A stretch of DNA of 63,408 nt, filler included, from Nitrospinota bacterium (GCA_030620925.1; 8 parts of 8 records of this genome joined end to end with filler, not necessarily neighbours in it), one strand, 5' to 3'. Counted from the first letter of the whole stretch, positions 11,696 through 22,680 are shown. Notes: generated from the letters alone by a model not told the origin. Translations and numbers: made by a program.

Positions 11696-13399
11696 TCATT
11701 TTTTCTTCTCGGGTGGTCCCAGGATCATATCTTTGATGCCCGCCCCTAACGGCACCATGGGGTATACGTTTTCCTCCCGCTCGACGCGGAAATTCATGAC
11801 CACGGGTCCGGCCGTATTTATGGCCTCCTTGATGATCTTCTCCACATCCGAAGGCTTATTCCCCTCCATCCCTTTGGCTCCGTAAGCCTTGGCGACCCCC
11901 ACGAAATCGGGCGATACTTCCAGGTCCGTCGCCGAGTATCTTCGGTCGAAAAAGAGCTCCTGCCACTGCCTCACCATGCCCAGGTAGCCGTTGTTCAATA
12001 TGGCCACCTTCACGGGGAGCTCGTATTGGACGGCGGTGATGAGCTCCTGGATGTTCATCTGCACACTGCCGTCTCCTGCTATGGCGAATACCAGGCTGTC
12101 GGGATTGCCCACCTGGGCGCCGATGGCCGCCGGGAGACCGAAGCCCATGGTGCCCAGCCCGCCGGAGGAAAGCAGCCGCCGGGGTTTTTCAAACTTGTAA
12201 TACTGCGCCGTCCACATCTGGTTCTGGCCAACGTCGGTGGTAACGATGGCGTCGCCCCGCGTGAGACGATAAATTTCCTCCACAACCTGTTGCGGTTTTA
12301 TCACGTCATCGATCTTTTCGTATTTGAGGGGATTTTCTTTCTCCCAGGCATTAACCTCCTTCAACCATTCTCTGGTGATTTCTTTCCATTTCGTATCCGA
12401 ATGTTTTTTCAGTTCGGCCATCAAGCTTTTCAGAATGTTTTTGGCGTCTCCGACTATGGGAATATCCACCTTGACGTTTTTGCTTATGGCGGAAGGGTCG
12501 ATGTCGATGTGTATTATCTTGGCATTAGGAGCGAATTCCTCGATCTTGCCCGTGACGCGGTCGTCGAAGCGTGCCCCCACCGCTAGTATCAGGTCTGAAT
12601 TACTTATGGTCATGTTGGCCGCGTAGGTGCCGTGCATTCCCAGCATCCCCAGAAAAAGAGGGTGGCTGGCCGGAAATCCACCCAGTCCCATGAGGGTGGT
12701 GGTGGTGGGTATATTGATGAGCTCGGCCATTTGAACCAGCTCTTTTGAGGCCGCGGATATTATTACCCCGCCTCCGGCATAAATTACCGGCCGCGTGGAG
12801 TTAAGAATGAGGTTGGCGGCGCGTCGAATCTGGCCTGGGTTTCCATCGTAAACGGGGTTATAACCCCTGATTTCCACGGTCTTGGGATAAACGTGTCGGG
12901 TGGCGGCATCCAGCATGTCGCGGGGGAGGTCCACCAGGACCGGGCCGGGCCTTCCGGTTCGTGCGATGTGAAAAGCCTCCCTGATGGTCCTGGCCAGGTC
13001 TGCTACGTCTTTTACCAGAAAGTTGTGTTTGGTGATGGGCCGGGTTATGCCCACTATATCCGCTTCCTGAAAGGCATCCCCCCCGATGAGGTCGGTGGAT
13101 ACCTGACCGGTAAAAGCGATTAGGGGCACAGAGTCCATGTAAGCCGTGGCTATCCCGGTGACCAGGTTGGTGGCCCCCGGTCCGGACGTAGCCAGGCACA
13201 CGCCCACTTTACCCGTGGAGCGGGAGTAGCCGTCGGCGGCGTGGGCCGCGGCCTGTTCGTGCCTGGTGAGAATATGTTTGATATCGCTGTCCATCAGGCG
13301 GTCGTATAGTTTGAGCACCACACCCCCCGGAAACCCGAAGATATGGCTTACACCCTCCCTGACAAGACAGTCCAAAAATAGCTCCGCACCAATTCTCAT
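11696..13399 (-). CDS. ilvB: Acetolactate synthase large subunit, biosynthetic
   Basis: [54 protein letters not shown]. Confidence 0.97.
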   Translation of the reverse strand: MRIGAELFLDCLVREGVSHIFGFPGGVVLKLYDRLMDSDIKHILTRHEQAAAHAADGYSRSTGKVGVCLATSGPGATNLVTGIATAYMDSVPLIAFTGQVSTDLIGGDAFQEADIVGITRPITKHNFLVKDVADLARTIREAFHIARTGRPGPVLVDLPRDMLDAATRHVYPKTVEIRGYNPVYDGNPGQIRRAANLILNSTRPVIYAGGGVIISAASKELVQMAELINIPTTTTLMGLGGFPASHPLFLGMLGMHGTYAANMTISNSDLILAVGARFDDRVTGKIEEFAPNAKIIHIDIDPSAISKNVKVDIPIVGDAKNILKSLMAELKKHSDTKWKEITREWLKEVNAWEKENPLKYEKIDDVIKPQQVVEEIYRLTRGDAIVTTDVGQNQMWTAQYYKFEKPRRLLSSGGLGTMGFGLPAAIGAQVGNPDSLVFAIAGDGSVQMNIQELITAVQYELPVKVAILNNGYLGMVRQWQELFFDRRYSATDLEVSPDFVGVAKAYGAKGMEGNKPSDVEKIIKEAINTAGPVVMNFRVEREENVYPMVPLGAGIKDMILGPPEKKK

Positions 13400-13488
13400 G
13401 GCAGACTGATCCTCATTCGTAAGGCGTAATCATACTAGATAGATATCATACCATATATTATATATATCAGCGAGTTGGCCTCAGACCT

Positions 13489-15150
13489 TTAGGGCTTGAG
13501 TACAGCACCGGTATTTGCTGATGTAACTTGTTTGCTGTATCGGGCCAGGTATCCCGTGTTTATCTTGGGCTGAGGCGGGGTCCAGTTTTCAATTCGGCGA
13601 GAGAGTTCTTCTTCTTTTATCAGCAGATCGATCTTTCGGGCCGGTATATCGATGGAGATTTTGTCCCCTTCCTTGATCATCGCTATGGGTCCCCCTTCCA
13701 TGGCCTCCGGGGATATATGCCCTATGCAGGGCCCCCGCGTGCCCCCCGAGAACCGGCCGTCGGTTATGAGGGCCACCGAATCGCCCAGTCCCATGCCCGC
13801 GATGGCCGCCGTCGGCGAGAGCATTTCCCGCATACCGGGGCCTCCTTTAGGTCCCTCGTATCTTATGACTACCACGTCGCCACTCTTAATATTCCCCTCC
13901 ATGATAACCTTCATCGCTTCTTCTTCGGAATCGAAAGTTCTGGCCCGGCCGGTGAATACTCGCATAGCTTCGCTGACCGCGGATTGTTTCACCACGGCGC
14001 CCTGGGGAGCGAGGTTGCCCTTCAGCACGGCTATTCCGCCTTCCTTTTTATAAGCGTTCTCCGGGTCTCTTATAACTTCCTGTTCAAAGGCCGGGGCTCC
14101 ATCCGCTATCTGCCAGGTGGTGAGGCCGGAGACCGTGGAGACGTCGTTCAGCTTATCCTTCAACTTGCTCAGTACGGTGGGGATGCCGCCGGCGTATTCG
14201 AGATCTTCCATGAAGTGTTCACCGCCGGGTCTCAAGGAGGCTATCTGGGGGACCGAGGCGCTGATCTCATCGAAAACTTCCAGGCTCAGCGTCACGCCCG
14301 CCTCCCGGGCGATTGCCGGGATGTGCAGGACGGTATTCGTAGAGCCGCCCAGGGCCATATCCACCATGATGGCGTTTCTGAAGGCGGCGTCGGTCATGAT
14401 ACTGCGGGAATTCACCTCCTCCTTGATCAGTTCCACCATCCGGGCGCCGGTCTCGAAGGCCATCCGTCGTTTCTTGGAGGATACTGCCAGTGCGGTGGCG
14501 CATCCGGGTAAAGACATCCCCAGGGCCTCCGTCACGCAGGCCATAGTGTTCGCCGTGTACAGCCCCTGGCAGGAGCCCGCTCCGGGGCAGGCCTCCTCCT
14601 CGAGGCAGGCCAATTCTCTTTCATCTATCTCCCCGCGCTGGAATCGGCCGACCGCCTCGAAGGTATCTCGCACAAAGGAGAGCCTCTCCATCTCGTATCT
14701 GCCTGAAAGCATGGGTCCGGCGGTTATGGCTATGGCGGGTATGTCCATCCTGGCCCCGGCCATGAGCATTCCGGGGGTTATCTTATCGCAGTTGGTGAGC
14801 ATTACCAGGCCGTCGAAGCGATGGGCCTCAACGACGGCCTCTATGATATCCGCTATAAGCTCCCGGCTGGGGAGGGAATAGTGCATCCCGCTGTGGCCCA
14901 TGGTTATGCCGTCGCAAATACCGGGCACGGAGAAGATAAAAGGGTAGCCGCCGGCGCTGTGCACACCTTTTTCTATGAACCGTTCCAGCTCCTTCATCCC
15001 TATATGGCCGGGTATTATGTCCGTGGCGCTGGAAACCAGGCCGATGAGCGGTTTCTCCATCTGGCTCTTGGGGAAACCGGTTCCGTAGAGAAGGGCGCGT
15101 ACAGGTGCGCGCTCCACGCCTTTCTTGATAGCATCGCTTCTCATTTTCAT
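13489..15150 (-). CDS. ilvD: Dihydroxy-acid dehydratase
   Basis: [49 protein letters not shown]. Confidence 0.97.
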   Translation of the reverse strand: MKMRSDAIKKGVERAPVRALLYGTGFPKSQMEKPLIGLVSSATDIIPGHIGMKELERFIEKGVHSAGGYPFIFSVPGICDGITMGHSGMHYSLPSRELIADIIEAVVEAHRFDGLVMLTNCDKITPGMLMAGARMDIPAIAITAGPMLSGRYEMERLSFVRDTFEAVGRFQRGEIDERELACLEEEACPGAGSCQGLYTANTMACVTEALGMSLPGCATALAVSSKKRRMAFETGARMVELIKEEVNSRSIMTDAAFRNAIMVDMALGGSTNTVLHIPAIAREAGVTLSLEVFDEISASVPQIASLRPGGEHFMEDLEYAGGIPTVLSKLKDKLNDVSTVSGLTTWQIADGAPAFEQEVIRDPENAYKKEGGIAVLKGNLAPQGAVVKQSAVSEAMRVFTGRARTFDSEEEAMKVIMEGNIKSGDVVVIRYEGPKGGPGMREMLSPTAAIAGMGLGDSVALITDGRFSGGTRGPCIGHISPEAMEGGPIAMIKEGDKISIDIPARKIDLLIKEEELSRRIENWTPPQPKINTGYLARYSKQVTSANTGAVLKP

Positions 15151-15347
15151 ACCCTTTCTCCGGTGTGATATAAGAAGGCATTAATTGCCGAAAAACCTTT
15201 AATTTTAGTACTATATAAATTATCATAGGGGTTTTGAGGTGTCAAATACAAACATTTGAGTCTGTCCCCCGATTAATCTTTATGAGAGTGGTTTTGTAAA
15301 ATCGTGCCCGAAGCGGGAATCGGGTATACGGTTATTATATATTTATT

Positions 15348-16202
15348 GTGGAGAAGGATAGGATGCTCGTTGCTCCAGGGGTGCATCATTTAAAGATTCA
15401 CAGCAGGACGCTGAAACCGGCGCGCTACACCAATGTTTACGTCATCGGTGAGAAGGAAGTCATTATCATCGACGCCGGGTATGCTGAGGAAACCGATCTG
15501 GATAAGCTCTTCCATCTGCTCGAAGAGCTCGGAAAGCCACGCGTGCTCATGAACGTTATCAGCCATCGGCACAAGGACCATTATAACCGTGTAAATTCGA
15601 TAAAAGAGAGGGCTGGCGCCGAAGTGGCCGCCCACCGGGAAGACATGGGCCCCATAAACGAAGGCCTGAGCGGTCTGTATGTGGAAAAGATGCTCAGGGG
15701 CGGGGAGGAGCTGAAGGCCGATGGCAAGAAAATAAGGGTGCTGCATATGCCGGGCCATACTCCAGGGATGCTCAACTTCTATATGGAGGAAGAAGGGTTG
15801 CTGTTTACCAGCGACAACGTAGTGGGCTTCGGCACCACCTGGATAGGGCCCCCGGACGGGGACATGGCGGTCTATCTGGACTCGCTGCGCGGGCTTCTTT
15901 CGCTGAAGTCTACAAGATTGTGTCCCGGCCACGGGCCTATCATCGATAACCCCTCGCAGAAGATAGAAGAGATAATGAAACACCGCTTCCAGCGAGAAGA
16001 TCAGATACTTTCTCTCATCGGCGGCGGAATATCCACTTCTCAGGAGCTTTTCAACAAAGTGTACGTGAAGGGCGAAAAGATACACGATTCGCTCTATACT
16101 GTCGCCCGACGCACCATTGAAGGGCATCTGATGAAACTGCAAAAGGATGGGAAGGTAACCAGACAAGAAGAAGGAGAAAACAGCCGATACTATGTTGTGT
16201 AG
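15348..16202 (+). CDS. MBL-fold hydrolase with C-terminal winged helix (LACTB2-like)
   Basis: SHRHKDH, PGHTPG, PGHGP, C-terminal GHLMKLQKDGKV. Confidence 0.8.
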   Translation: MEKDRMLVAPGVHHLKIHSRTLKPARYTNVYVIGEKEVIIIDAGYAEETDLDKLFHLLEELGKPRVLMNVISHRHKDHYNRVNSIKERAGAEVAAHREDMGPINEGLSGLYVEKMLRGGEELKADGKKIRVLHMPGHTPGMLNFYMEEEGLLFTSDNVVGFGTTWIGPPDGDMAVYLDSLRGLLSLKSTRLCPGHGPIIDNPSQKIEEIMKHRFQREDQILSLIGGGISTSQELFNKVYVKGEKIHDSLYTVARRTIEGHLMKLQKDGKVTRQEEGENSRYYVV

Positions 16203-16267
16203 GCTTGAAAATGTCGAATTACACGTCGAAGATGAAATCGAATGTTTCCAAGGGAAAGGATCGTTAA

Positions 16268-16649
16268 ATGCGTAATCTGAAACCGTTCTTTGTCGGGCTG
16301 ATATTTCTGGCCACGACTCTTACGATAGCTTACGATGTTTCCTATGCGGATGTAGAGGAAGACATCTCGGAGATAAAGCGTGAACTGGGGGAATTGAAGA
16401 AAGACGTGGCAGAGATCAAGAAGCTGCTCCAGGCCGTTGTATCCAGGGCCAGGGCTCCGGAAAAGACCACCGCCGTTACCACCGTAGACAACGATCCGGT
16501 GCTGGGGTCCCCTACGGCGCCAGTGACGCTCGTGGAGTTTTCCGATTATCAGTGCCCTTACTGTGCCCGTTTCTTCAAGACGACGTATCCTGCGCTTTTA
16601 GAGGATTATATCAAGAAAGGCAAACTGCGATACGTATACCGGGATTTCC
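16268..16649 (+). CDS. DsbA-family thiol-disulfide oxidoreductase (truncated at contig end)
   Basis: Signal peptide, coiled coil, PVLGSPTAPVTLVEFSDYQCPYC. Confidence 0.85.
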
Positions 16650-16749
16650 NNNNNNNNNNNNNNNNNNNNNNNNNNNNNNNNNNNNNNNNNNNNTTAATTA
16701 ATTAANNNNNNNNNNNNNNNNNNNNNNNNNNNNNNNNNNNNNNNNNNNN
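16650..16749. other. Artificial contig linker (N44-TTAATTAATTAA-N44)
   Basis: Ns flanking a six-frame stop sequence; identical at seven sites. Confidence 0.99.
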
Positions 16750-17622
16750 CTGGGCGCACACCAGAGCCAGACCTGGGATGAGAGCTATCCGACCCGTTTC
16801 CTGAAAGGTATGGGCTTTCAACCCATGTCTATACCACAAGCCGTTCCGGACGGAGCTATCGCGCAACTCATCGATTGGTATAAGGAGAACACCGAAAAAA
16901 GCGATGCCACGCTTGCGGAGTTCCCGGTATCCGCGGCGCTTTTGGCCTATGCTGAAAGGCCTGTCGTGTTGCACACTCTGTTCGAAGGGGAGAACCGCTC
17001 AAGGTTCCGCGAGTTCAGCTTCGCCCTTAAAGGAGATGAAGAGAAGCTCTACATGCTAATGAAAAAGTATGACGCACGGCACTTCGTATACAGTGCGCAC
17101 TTCTTTCTGCGCACGGACACCAACATGTCCTACCGCTACACGGCAGACGCCATGAAGGTTGATAGCAGATGGACCCTCTACAACATGCACTTTCATCCAG
17201 AGAAGCTGAAACGTTTCGCGCTGGTTTATCAGAACAGCGCCTTCCGGGTATTTCGCTTCATCGATGAAAGCGGAGAGGGCTTTCTTCAACCAACAGGATA
17301 TGCACCCGTTTTCGACGAGAATCTGTTGCATGAGCTCCGCTTTTCCACACCTTCGGGGGTAACTAACGAAGAAGCCTTCCTCTACACCATCGTATCTGCT
17401 TACAGCGATCTTATGAGAGGAAAACAACTCCTGGAGGGCGGAGAACAAAACAAAGGGCTCAAACTGCTTCAGCGCTCTGTCAAGACATTCCCCTTCATCC
17501 CAGAGGCGCATACCGCCCTGTCCGCCTATTATCTGACCACCGGAAACTCAAAAAAAGCCGATGCGCACGACCGCATAGCAAGGACTCTAAACAGCGGGCA
17601 ATGGCGGCGGTTACTGCGGTAG
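16750..17622 (+). CDS. C-terminal part of a putative GT-C glycosyltransferase (DPY19/STT3-like soluble domain) with a C-terminal TPR
   Basis: LIDWYKENT..DATLA....RPVVLH..FE ... FALVYQNSAFRVF resembles the DPY19 C-domain as recalled; TPR-like helices at the end; frame open to the contig edge. Confidence 0.55.
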   Translation: MGAHQSQTWDESYPTRFLKGMGFQPMSIPQAVPDGAIAQLIDWYKENTEKSDATLAEFPVSAALLAYAERPVVLHTLFEGENRSRFREFSFALKGDEEKLYMLMKKYDARHFVYSAHFFLRTDTNMSYRYTADAMKVDSRWTLYNMHFHPEKLKRFALVYQNSAFRVFRFIDESGEGFLQPTGYAPVFDENLLHELRFSTPSGVTNEEAFLYTIVSAYSDLMRGKQLLEGGEQNKGLKLLQRSVKTFPFIPEAHTALSAYYLTTGNSKKADAHDRIARTLNSGQWRRLLR

Positions 17623-17668
17623 ACCTTTAAATACCTCAAATTTCTGAATAAAAAACCAAATCTTTAGT

Positions 17669-17696
17669 TAAATTTTTGCACTTAAATTGCCGATAA
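17669..17696 (+). promoter_or_regulatory. Putative sigma-28 (FliA/SigD-type) promoter
   Basis: TAAA (17669-72), 16 nt, GCCGATAA (17689-96), in an AT-rich intergenic region upstream of the HEAT/HD-GYP operon. Confidence 0.45.
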
Positions 17697-17807
17697 TCAA
17701 TGTGAATAGTCTTAAAAATAATCGCATCGTATAATAAATATAAAGGGTTAATTATTGTAGAGAGGGCCCCGTGAGTCCAAAATAATAAAAACCCTTGCGA
17801 GGAAGCT

Positions 17808-19367
17808 GTGGAATCTCAAAAAGCAGTCGATAATAATAAGCAAGACCCCTTGCTTGAAGAAGAAGATATTCAAATAGCAAAAGAGATAATGAGGAATCTC
17901 CTTATTATCTTCAAGGTCTTTTCCCTCTACCCATCGGATAACTCCCAGTGCAAACAAAGCCTTTCCAACGCTATGGCAAAACTCCATGACTACTTTCAGT
18001 TATCGGACCGGCTTAAGCTAGACATATCTAAATACCATATAAGCACAGAAGGACAAACCATCTACGAGGGCGAAGAAAATGATGGGAATTTCGCCTTTTT
18101 ACTTTTCAGAGACGGCATTCAGTGGTTGGAATTGGATGCAGGTATCTCAGAAGATGATCTCACCAAACTATTTCGGATAATCACCTCCCAAAGGACCAGG
18201 GCGGCGGTAGAGGACGACATCGTAACCGCATTGTGGGAAGCTCAGATTCCTTACGTAGAGTATTATGCTACCGATGACCTCTTCCTCTTCGGCTCAGAAG
18301 AAGATATGAACACCGAAACGATCATGAAGGAGGTGGTGGAGTATGGGGGGCCCGGTGAAGGCACAGAAAAAGGAGAAACCGAAGAAAGCGCTGCCGGTAA
18401 AACCACATCTCCTCAAGCTGATGCCGATGACGTTCCGCCCCTTCACATTGAAATTGAAGATAACCAGAAAATAATCACTCTCAGTAAAGACGAACAAGAA
18501 CACTTGAATAATCTCATTTCCAAAGAGTTAAAAAGAAACCCCGGTGATGAAGCCCTGGCCATACTCATGGATGCCATCAAGAGCGATAAGCTCGAAGAAA
18601 ATATTGACGCAGTCATAGTTTTTTTATGGGACCTATTTCAGAATAACCTGGACCAACGTAACTTTGCAAAAGTAATCGAACTCTTGGAGATGATGCAAGA
18701 GATTAAAGTTCTCTTCCAGAAGGAAAATAAGAGCGAGATAGCTGAGATAGACAAATTTTTCTTAGTCGTATCGGACCCTGAGACTTTCCAGGTAATCGAA
18801 GAAAATTTGTCAGAAGGGAATTCGAAGCAACCCTTGAAGCTGCTGCAACTGGTGAGCTTTAATGTTAGTAAAGAAGAGCCACTGCTTGAAACCCTGGTGA
18901 AGACTGAATCCATAAAGATGAAGAAGGCTTTAATTGCAATCCTTATCCAAAGGAAATCCCCCCATATAGAGACGCTATTCGGATTCATCGAAGATGAAGA
19001 CAAGAAGATAAGGAAGGCCATATTCGAATATATTGGAATGCAGAAGAGCAGGAAAAATGAGGATTTAATCACGGATTATATTCAGGAAAAAGAATTTTAC
19101 AAAAAGAACAACGATCAGATACTTTCGGCTTTTACGACTCTGGGCCGCTGCGGTTCCTCCAGATCCATTCCCCTTCTTATGAAATTACTCACCAGAAAAA
19201 GTGTCTTCCTGGGACAAGATTATGACGCCATCCGCATGGGAGCTGCCATTGCCCTGAAAAGCCTGGGAACTGAGAGGGCGCTGAACATCCTGGAGAGGGG
19301 TAAAGAATCCAAAGAGAAATCGATAAGAAAAGCCTGCATGACGGCGCTGATCAAGGATTCCTCATGA
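17808..19367 (+). CDS. HEAT-repeat-containing protein
   Basis: C-terminal HEAT-like repeats (TLGRCGSSRSIPLL; IRMGAAIALKSLGTERAL); N-terminal LYP..N..C and LFRDGI motifs typical of HD-GYP-associated partners; ATGA overlap with the next gene. Confidence 0.7.
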   Translation: MESQKAVDNNKQDPLLEEEDIQIAKEIMRNLLIIFKVFSLYPSDNSQCKQSLSNAMAKLHDYFQLSDRLKLDISKYHISTEGQTIYEGEENDGNFAFLLFRDGIQWLELDAGISEDDLTKLFRIITSQRTRAAVEDDIVTALWEAQIPYVEYYATDDLFLFGSEEDMNTETIMKEVVEYGGPGEGTEKGETEESAAGKTTSPQADADDVPPLHIEIEDNQKIITLSKDEQEHLNNLISKELKRNPGDEALAILMDAIKSDKLEENIDAVIVFLWDLFQNNLDQRNFAKVIELLEMMQEIKVLFQKENKSEIAEIDKFFLVVSDPETFQVIEENLSEGNSKQPLKLLQLVSFNVSKEEPLLETLVKTESIKMKKALIAILIQRKSPHIETLFGFIEDEDKKIRKAIFEYIGMQKSRKNEDLITDYIQEKEFYKKNNDQILSAFTTLGRCGSSRSIPLLMKLLTRKSVFLGQDYDAIRMGAAIALKSLGTERALNILERGKESKEKSIRKACMTALIKDSS

Positions 19368-20824
19368 ACACTATAAATGAAAAAAACCAAAACGGACTTC
19401 CTTCCCGGCAGACAAAAAAATTGGTCGGAGAAAGTCTCCTCGAAGCGATCTTTCGTCTCACTAAAAGCGTTGCCCTCCATCAGTCCGCAAGCAGTATGAT
19501 CCTGGAGAGAATCGACGAGTTTAAGAAGGTTGTCCGGGAAGTCCAGGACGCCGGCTTCGATCCCTCGCTCATCAGGTCTGAAGGCCAGTTTTACCTTGGC
19601 GACGAAAGAATACAGTTTACCAGAAAGAATTTCGGTCTTGTCAATCAGATGATAGATATCTTCTACAGGAGAGGCGTCGCAGGTCTCTCATTCAGCGAGA
19701 CGATGCTGGATGTTCCGGTGAAAGAGATCTTTACATTTTTCAAAATCTTCCAGGAAGCGGAGAAAGAAATAAGCCCCGAGGAATATATTAAAAAAGCCGT
19801 AGAGGAAAAAACCATTTCCTGGGTAGAAGTTCATCTGGATATGATTAAAGCCAGTGGGCTGGAGCCTTTGAGTCCCAAGGAGCAGGCTAGAAGAAGCTAT
19901 CTCCACTCCATAGCCACGGTTAAAGAGGCTTACCAGAAAATTGAAGCCGGCCAGAAGGGAGGGATACGGAAAGCAAAAAGACTGGCACAGAACCTAGTGG
20001 ATGTGGCCCGTGATAATGAGGCGATCCTCCTGGGTATGACCACTCTTAAAAACTATGACGATTATACCTATAACCATTCGGTAAACGTGGCTGTGATGGC
20101 TATCTGCCTGGGGAAAAAGATCGGTCTTGAGCCTAAATCCTTGATGGAGCTCGCAATATGCGGGCTTTTTCACGATCTCGGAAAAACTTTAATCCCCAAG
20201 AATATTTTGAACAAGCAAGGGAAACTGGACGATTCAGAATGGGATGAGATAAGGAAGCACCCACTCAACAGCGTATGTAACATATTAAAGCTTCAGGCAC
20301 CATACGAACTTAAAGCCAGAGTAATCCTGTCCCCCTTCGAACATCACCAGCGGTATGACCTGTCAGGCTATCCCAGAGCCTCCTGGAAATCGGAAGTAAG
20401 CCTCTTCGGAAGAATCCTGGGCATAGTCGATTGTTATGATGCGATGACCTCTGAAAGAAGTTATCGCGACCATTCCATATCGCCCGATCGGAGCCTCAGC
20501 TTCTTGCTGGAAAAGTCCGGTAAAGACTACGACCCTGTTATTCTGAAAGTTTTTATTCAGATGATGGGTATCTTCCCCTCGGGGACTTTTGTAGAATTGG
20601 ACACAGGCGAAAAGGGGCTGGTAATAGAGAACAACGCGGATTCGGAAATGCTGGACAGGCCCAAAGTCCTGCTCCTCTTTGATGAAAAAGGGGAGAAGTT
20701 AACCGATAATGAGATTGTCGATCTCAATGAAAAGGATGAAAAATCGGACCGCTTCAAGAGAACCATCAAATCCTCCGCTGATGCCAAAGAGAACAATATC
20801 AACCCCGCCGAATATCTATGGTAG
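19364..20824 (+). CDS. HD-GYP domain protein (putative cyclic dinucleotide phosphodiesterase)
   Basis: YTYNHSVNV, HDLGK, KHP, EHH...SGYP, DCYDAMTSERSYR. Confidence 0.9.
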   Translation: MNTINEKNQNGLPSRQTKKLVGESLLEAIFRLTKSVALHQSASSMILERIDEFKKVVREVQDAGFDPSLIRSEGQFYLGDERIQFTRKNFGLVNQMIDIFYRRGVAGLSFSETMLDVPVKEIFTFFKIFQEAEKEISPEEYIKKAVEEKTISWVEVHLDMIKASGLEPLSPKEQARRSYLHSIATVKEAYQKIEAGQKGGIRKAKRLAQNLVDVARDNEAILLGMTTLKNYDDYTYNHSVNVAVMAICLGKKIGLEPKSLMELAICGLFHDLGKTLIPKNILNKQGKLDDSEWDEIRKHPLNSVCNILKLQAPYELKARVILSPFEHHQRYDLSGYPRASWKSEVSLFGRILGIVDCYDAMTSERSYRDHSISPDRSLSFLLEKSGKDYDPVILKVFIQMMGIFPSGTFVELDTGEKGLVIENNADSEMLDRPKVLLLFDEKGEKLTDNEIVDLNEKDEKSDRFKRTIKSSADAKENNINPAEYLW

Positions 20825-20934
20825 AGGAAATCTGCGGGTTCGGCCTCCCATCTGCCGATTCCAGGCGCAGCTTATCTCGTTTACCGGTAAACCCCCCGTC
20901 TGGAAGGTGTTTGTAAACCCCCAAGTTTTTCTCC

Positions 20935-22557
20935 CTAAAGGCCGGATTGAGGGTGGCGGTGAGTGACTCTGCCCCCCATCATGGTCATATCCACCCTGAT
21001 ATCGGTAATCCGCTCTGGTTCCACCTTCATGGGATTGTCGGAGAGGATTGTAAAATCTGCAAGCTTACCCACCTCTAGGGAGCCCTTGACATCTTCATCG
21101 AACGAGATATAGGCGGCGGCGTTGGTGTACATGCGCAAGACCTGCTCGATACCTATCCGCTGCTCGATACCCATGACCCTGCCCGAGGGAGTTTTCCTGA
21201 GCACGGCGTCCCTCAAGCCGATGAGAGGCTCGTAGCTGGTAACCGGTGAATCGGAGGCCCCGGCCACCAGTATACCCTCCTCCAGGAGAGTCCTGTAGGG
21301 GTAGAGCTTATCCGACTTGGGCTGCCCGAAGGAATCCATGAAACCGTCTCCCAGATCGGAGATGAATCCCGGCTGGCTGCTCACCAGTATCCCCACTTCC
21401 TTGCACATGGAGATCAGGTCGTCGAAGACCGCCCCGCAGTGCTCGATTCTGTGCCGCAGCGGGTTTCCGGTGCCGATACCCATCACATCGCGAAAACATT
21501 CCAGCGTGTCCCGGATGGCGGCGTCGCCCTGGGCGTGGACGGCTATCTGAAAACCCAGGTCGTGGTAGCGCTTGATCTTATCCCTCAGCGTATCCTTATC
21601 CAGCAGACAGATGCCTGTGCCGAAGGGCTCGATTTTATAAGGTTCACTCACGTAAGCGGTCCGGGTGGTCATGCCTCCGTCGTAAAAAATTTTGATGGGC
21701 CCTATGCGGAGCATGTCTGAGCCGAAACGGAAGTTAACGCCTGCTTTAAGGAGAGGGTCCGCCGCATCGTGCAGGTTCATGGTGTATACTCGCACGTAGA
21801 GCTCATCGCGGGCCATGGCCTCCTGGTAGGCTTTGAGGGTAAATGGAGTAACCAGGGCGTCGTGGGCGGTGGTTATCCCCGCCTCAGCGTATCGTCGCGA
21901 GGCCTGAGAACACATTTCCACCCCGGCTCCAACGCCCCCTTCCTCCATTTCCATTCTCCAGTGCTCGTTCATGACCTCCATGCTGGCCGATTCGTAAAGC
22001 AGACCCGTGGGCCGACCCGACTCGTCTCTGACGTACTGACCTCCGGGGGGATCGGGAACATCATCTTCTATGCCGAATCTCTCCATTGCCTTGCTGTTCA
22101 GAATGCAGGCGTGGCCGGGGGTGTGGATGATGATGACGGGGTTATCGGGAGAAACGCCGTCCAGCTCCAACCGTGTAACATGGCGCTGTTCCTTGAGTTT
22201 GAGCTCATTGTAACCTCCGCCCTTTACCCACTGCCCGGCCCCTTTCTCTTCCGCTTCAGCTTTAACCCGGCTCAGTATGTCCCCTACATCCTTGTTGGAG
22301 GGAGACCCGCAATCGATGCCCGACAGCAGGTAGCCGAATAACATCAGATGATTGTGTGAATCTATGAAGCCCGGAAAAAGCGCCTTGCCCTGTAAATCTA
22401 TTATCTGAGTGTCGGGGCCCGCCAGCCCCTTAAGGTCTCCGCTGCCGCCCAGGGCGGCTATGCGCCCTCTGCTCACCGCCACTGCTTCGTGGACGGAGTT
22501 AGACGCGTCCAGAGAAACTACCTCGCCGTTTATAAAAATCGTATCCACGACCTCCAC
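20935..22557 (-). CDS. Amidohydrolase family 3 (YtcJ-like)
   Basis: PGFIDSHNH, KIFYDG, HAQGD, HRIEH, ASDSPV, KGSLEVGKLADF. Confidence 0.9.
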   Translation of the reverse strand: MEVVDTIFINGEVVSLDASNSVHEAVAVSRGRIAALGGSGDLKGLAGPDTQIIDLQGKALFPGFIDSHNHLMLFGYLLSGIDCGSPSNKDVGDILSRVKAEAEEKGAGQWVKGGGYNELKLKEQRHVTRLELDGVSPDNPVIIIHTPGHACILNSKAMERFGIEDDVPDPPGGQYVRDESGRPTGLLYESASMEVMNEHWRMEMEEGGVGAGVEMCSQASRRYAEAGITTAHDALVTPFTLKAYQEAMARDELYVRVYTMNLHDAADPLLKAGVNFRFGSDMLRIGPIKIFYDGGMTTRTAYVSEPYKIEPFGTGICLLDKDTLRDKIKRYHDLGFQIAVHAQGDAAIRDTLECFRDVMGIGTGNPLRHRIEHCGAVFDDLISMCKEVGILVSSQPGFISDLGDGFMDSFGQPKSDKLYPYRTLLEEGILVAGASDSPVTSYEPLIGLRDAVLRKTPSGRVMGIEQRIGIEQVLRMYTNAAAYISFDEDVKGSLEVGKLADFTILSDNPMKVEPERITDIRVDMTMMGGRVTHRHPQSGL

Positions 22558-22586
22558 CTCCCCGCCGGATAACGTGCATCAATAAT

Positions 22587-22619
22587 ATGGGGGAACCCCC
22601 GGCACGAGAATTCCCCCAT
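22587..22619. repeat. Intergenic inverted repeat ATGGGGGAA...TTCCCCCAT (hairpin, possibly related to the REP-like family)
   Basis: 9-bp arms around a 15-nt spacer. Confidence 0.35.
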
Positions 22620-22680
22620 CCACTATCATATCCAGAGCTGATATATCACAACTCCCTCTGTAAGCTGAATCGCAGTCGTT

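Noticed and set aside
177-15226. Many long plus-strand ORFs opposite the pur/ilv/lptD genes (similar antisense ORFs occur throughout)
   Set aside because: Shadow ORFs of GC-rich coding sequence with no recognisable motifs.
16694-16705. TTAATTAATTAA recurring seven times, as a biological repeat or CRISPR
   Set aside because: Always embedded in fixed-length N runs; it is a six-frame stop linker.
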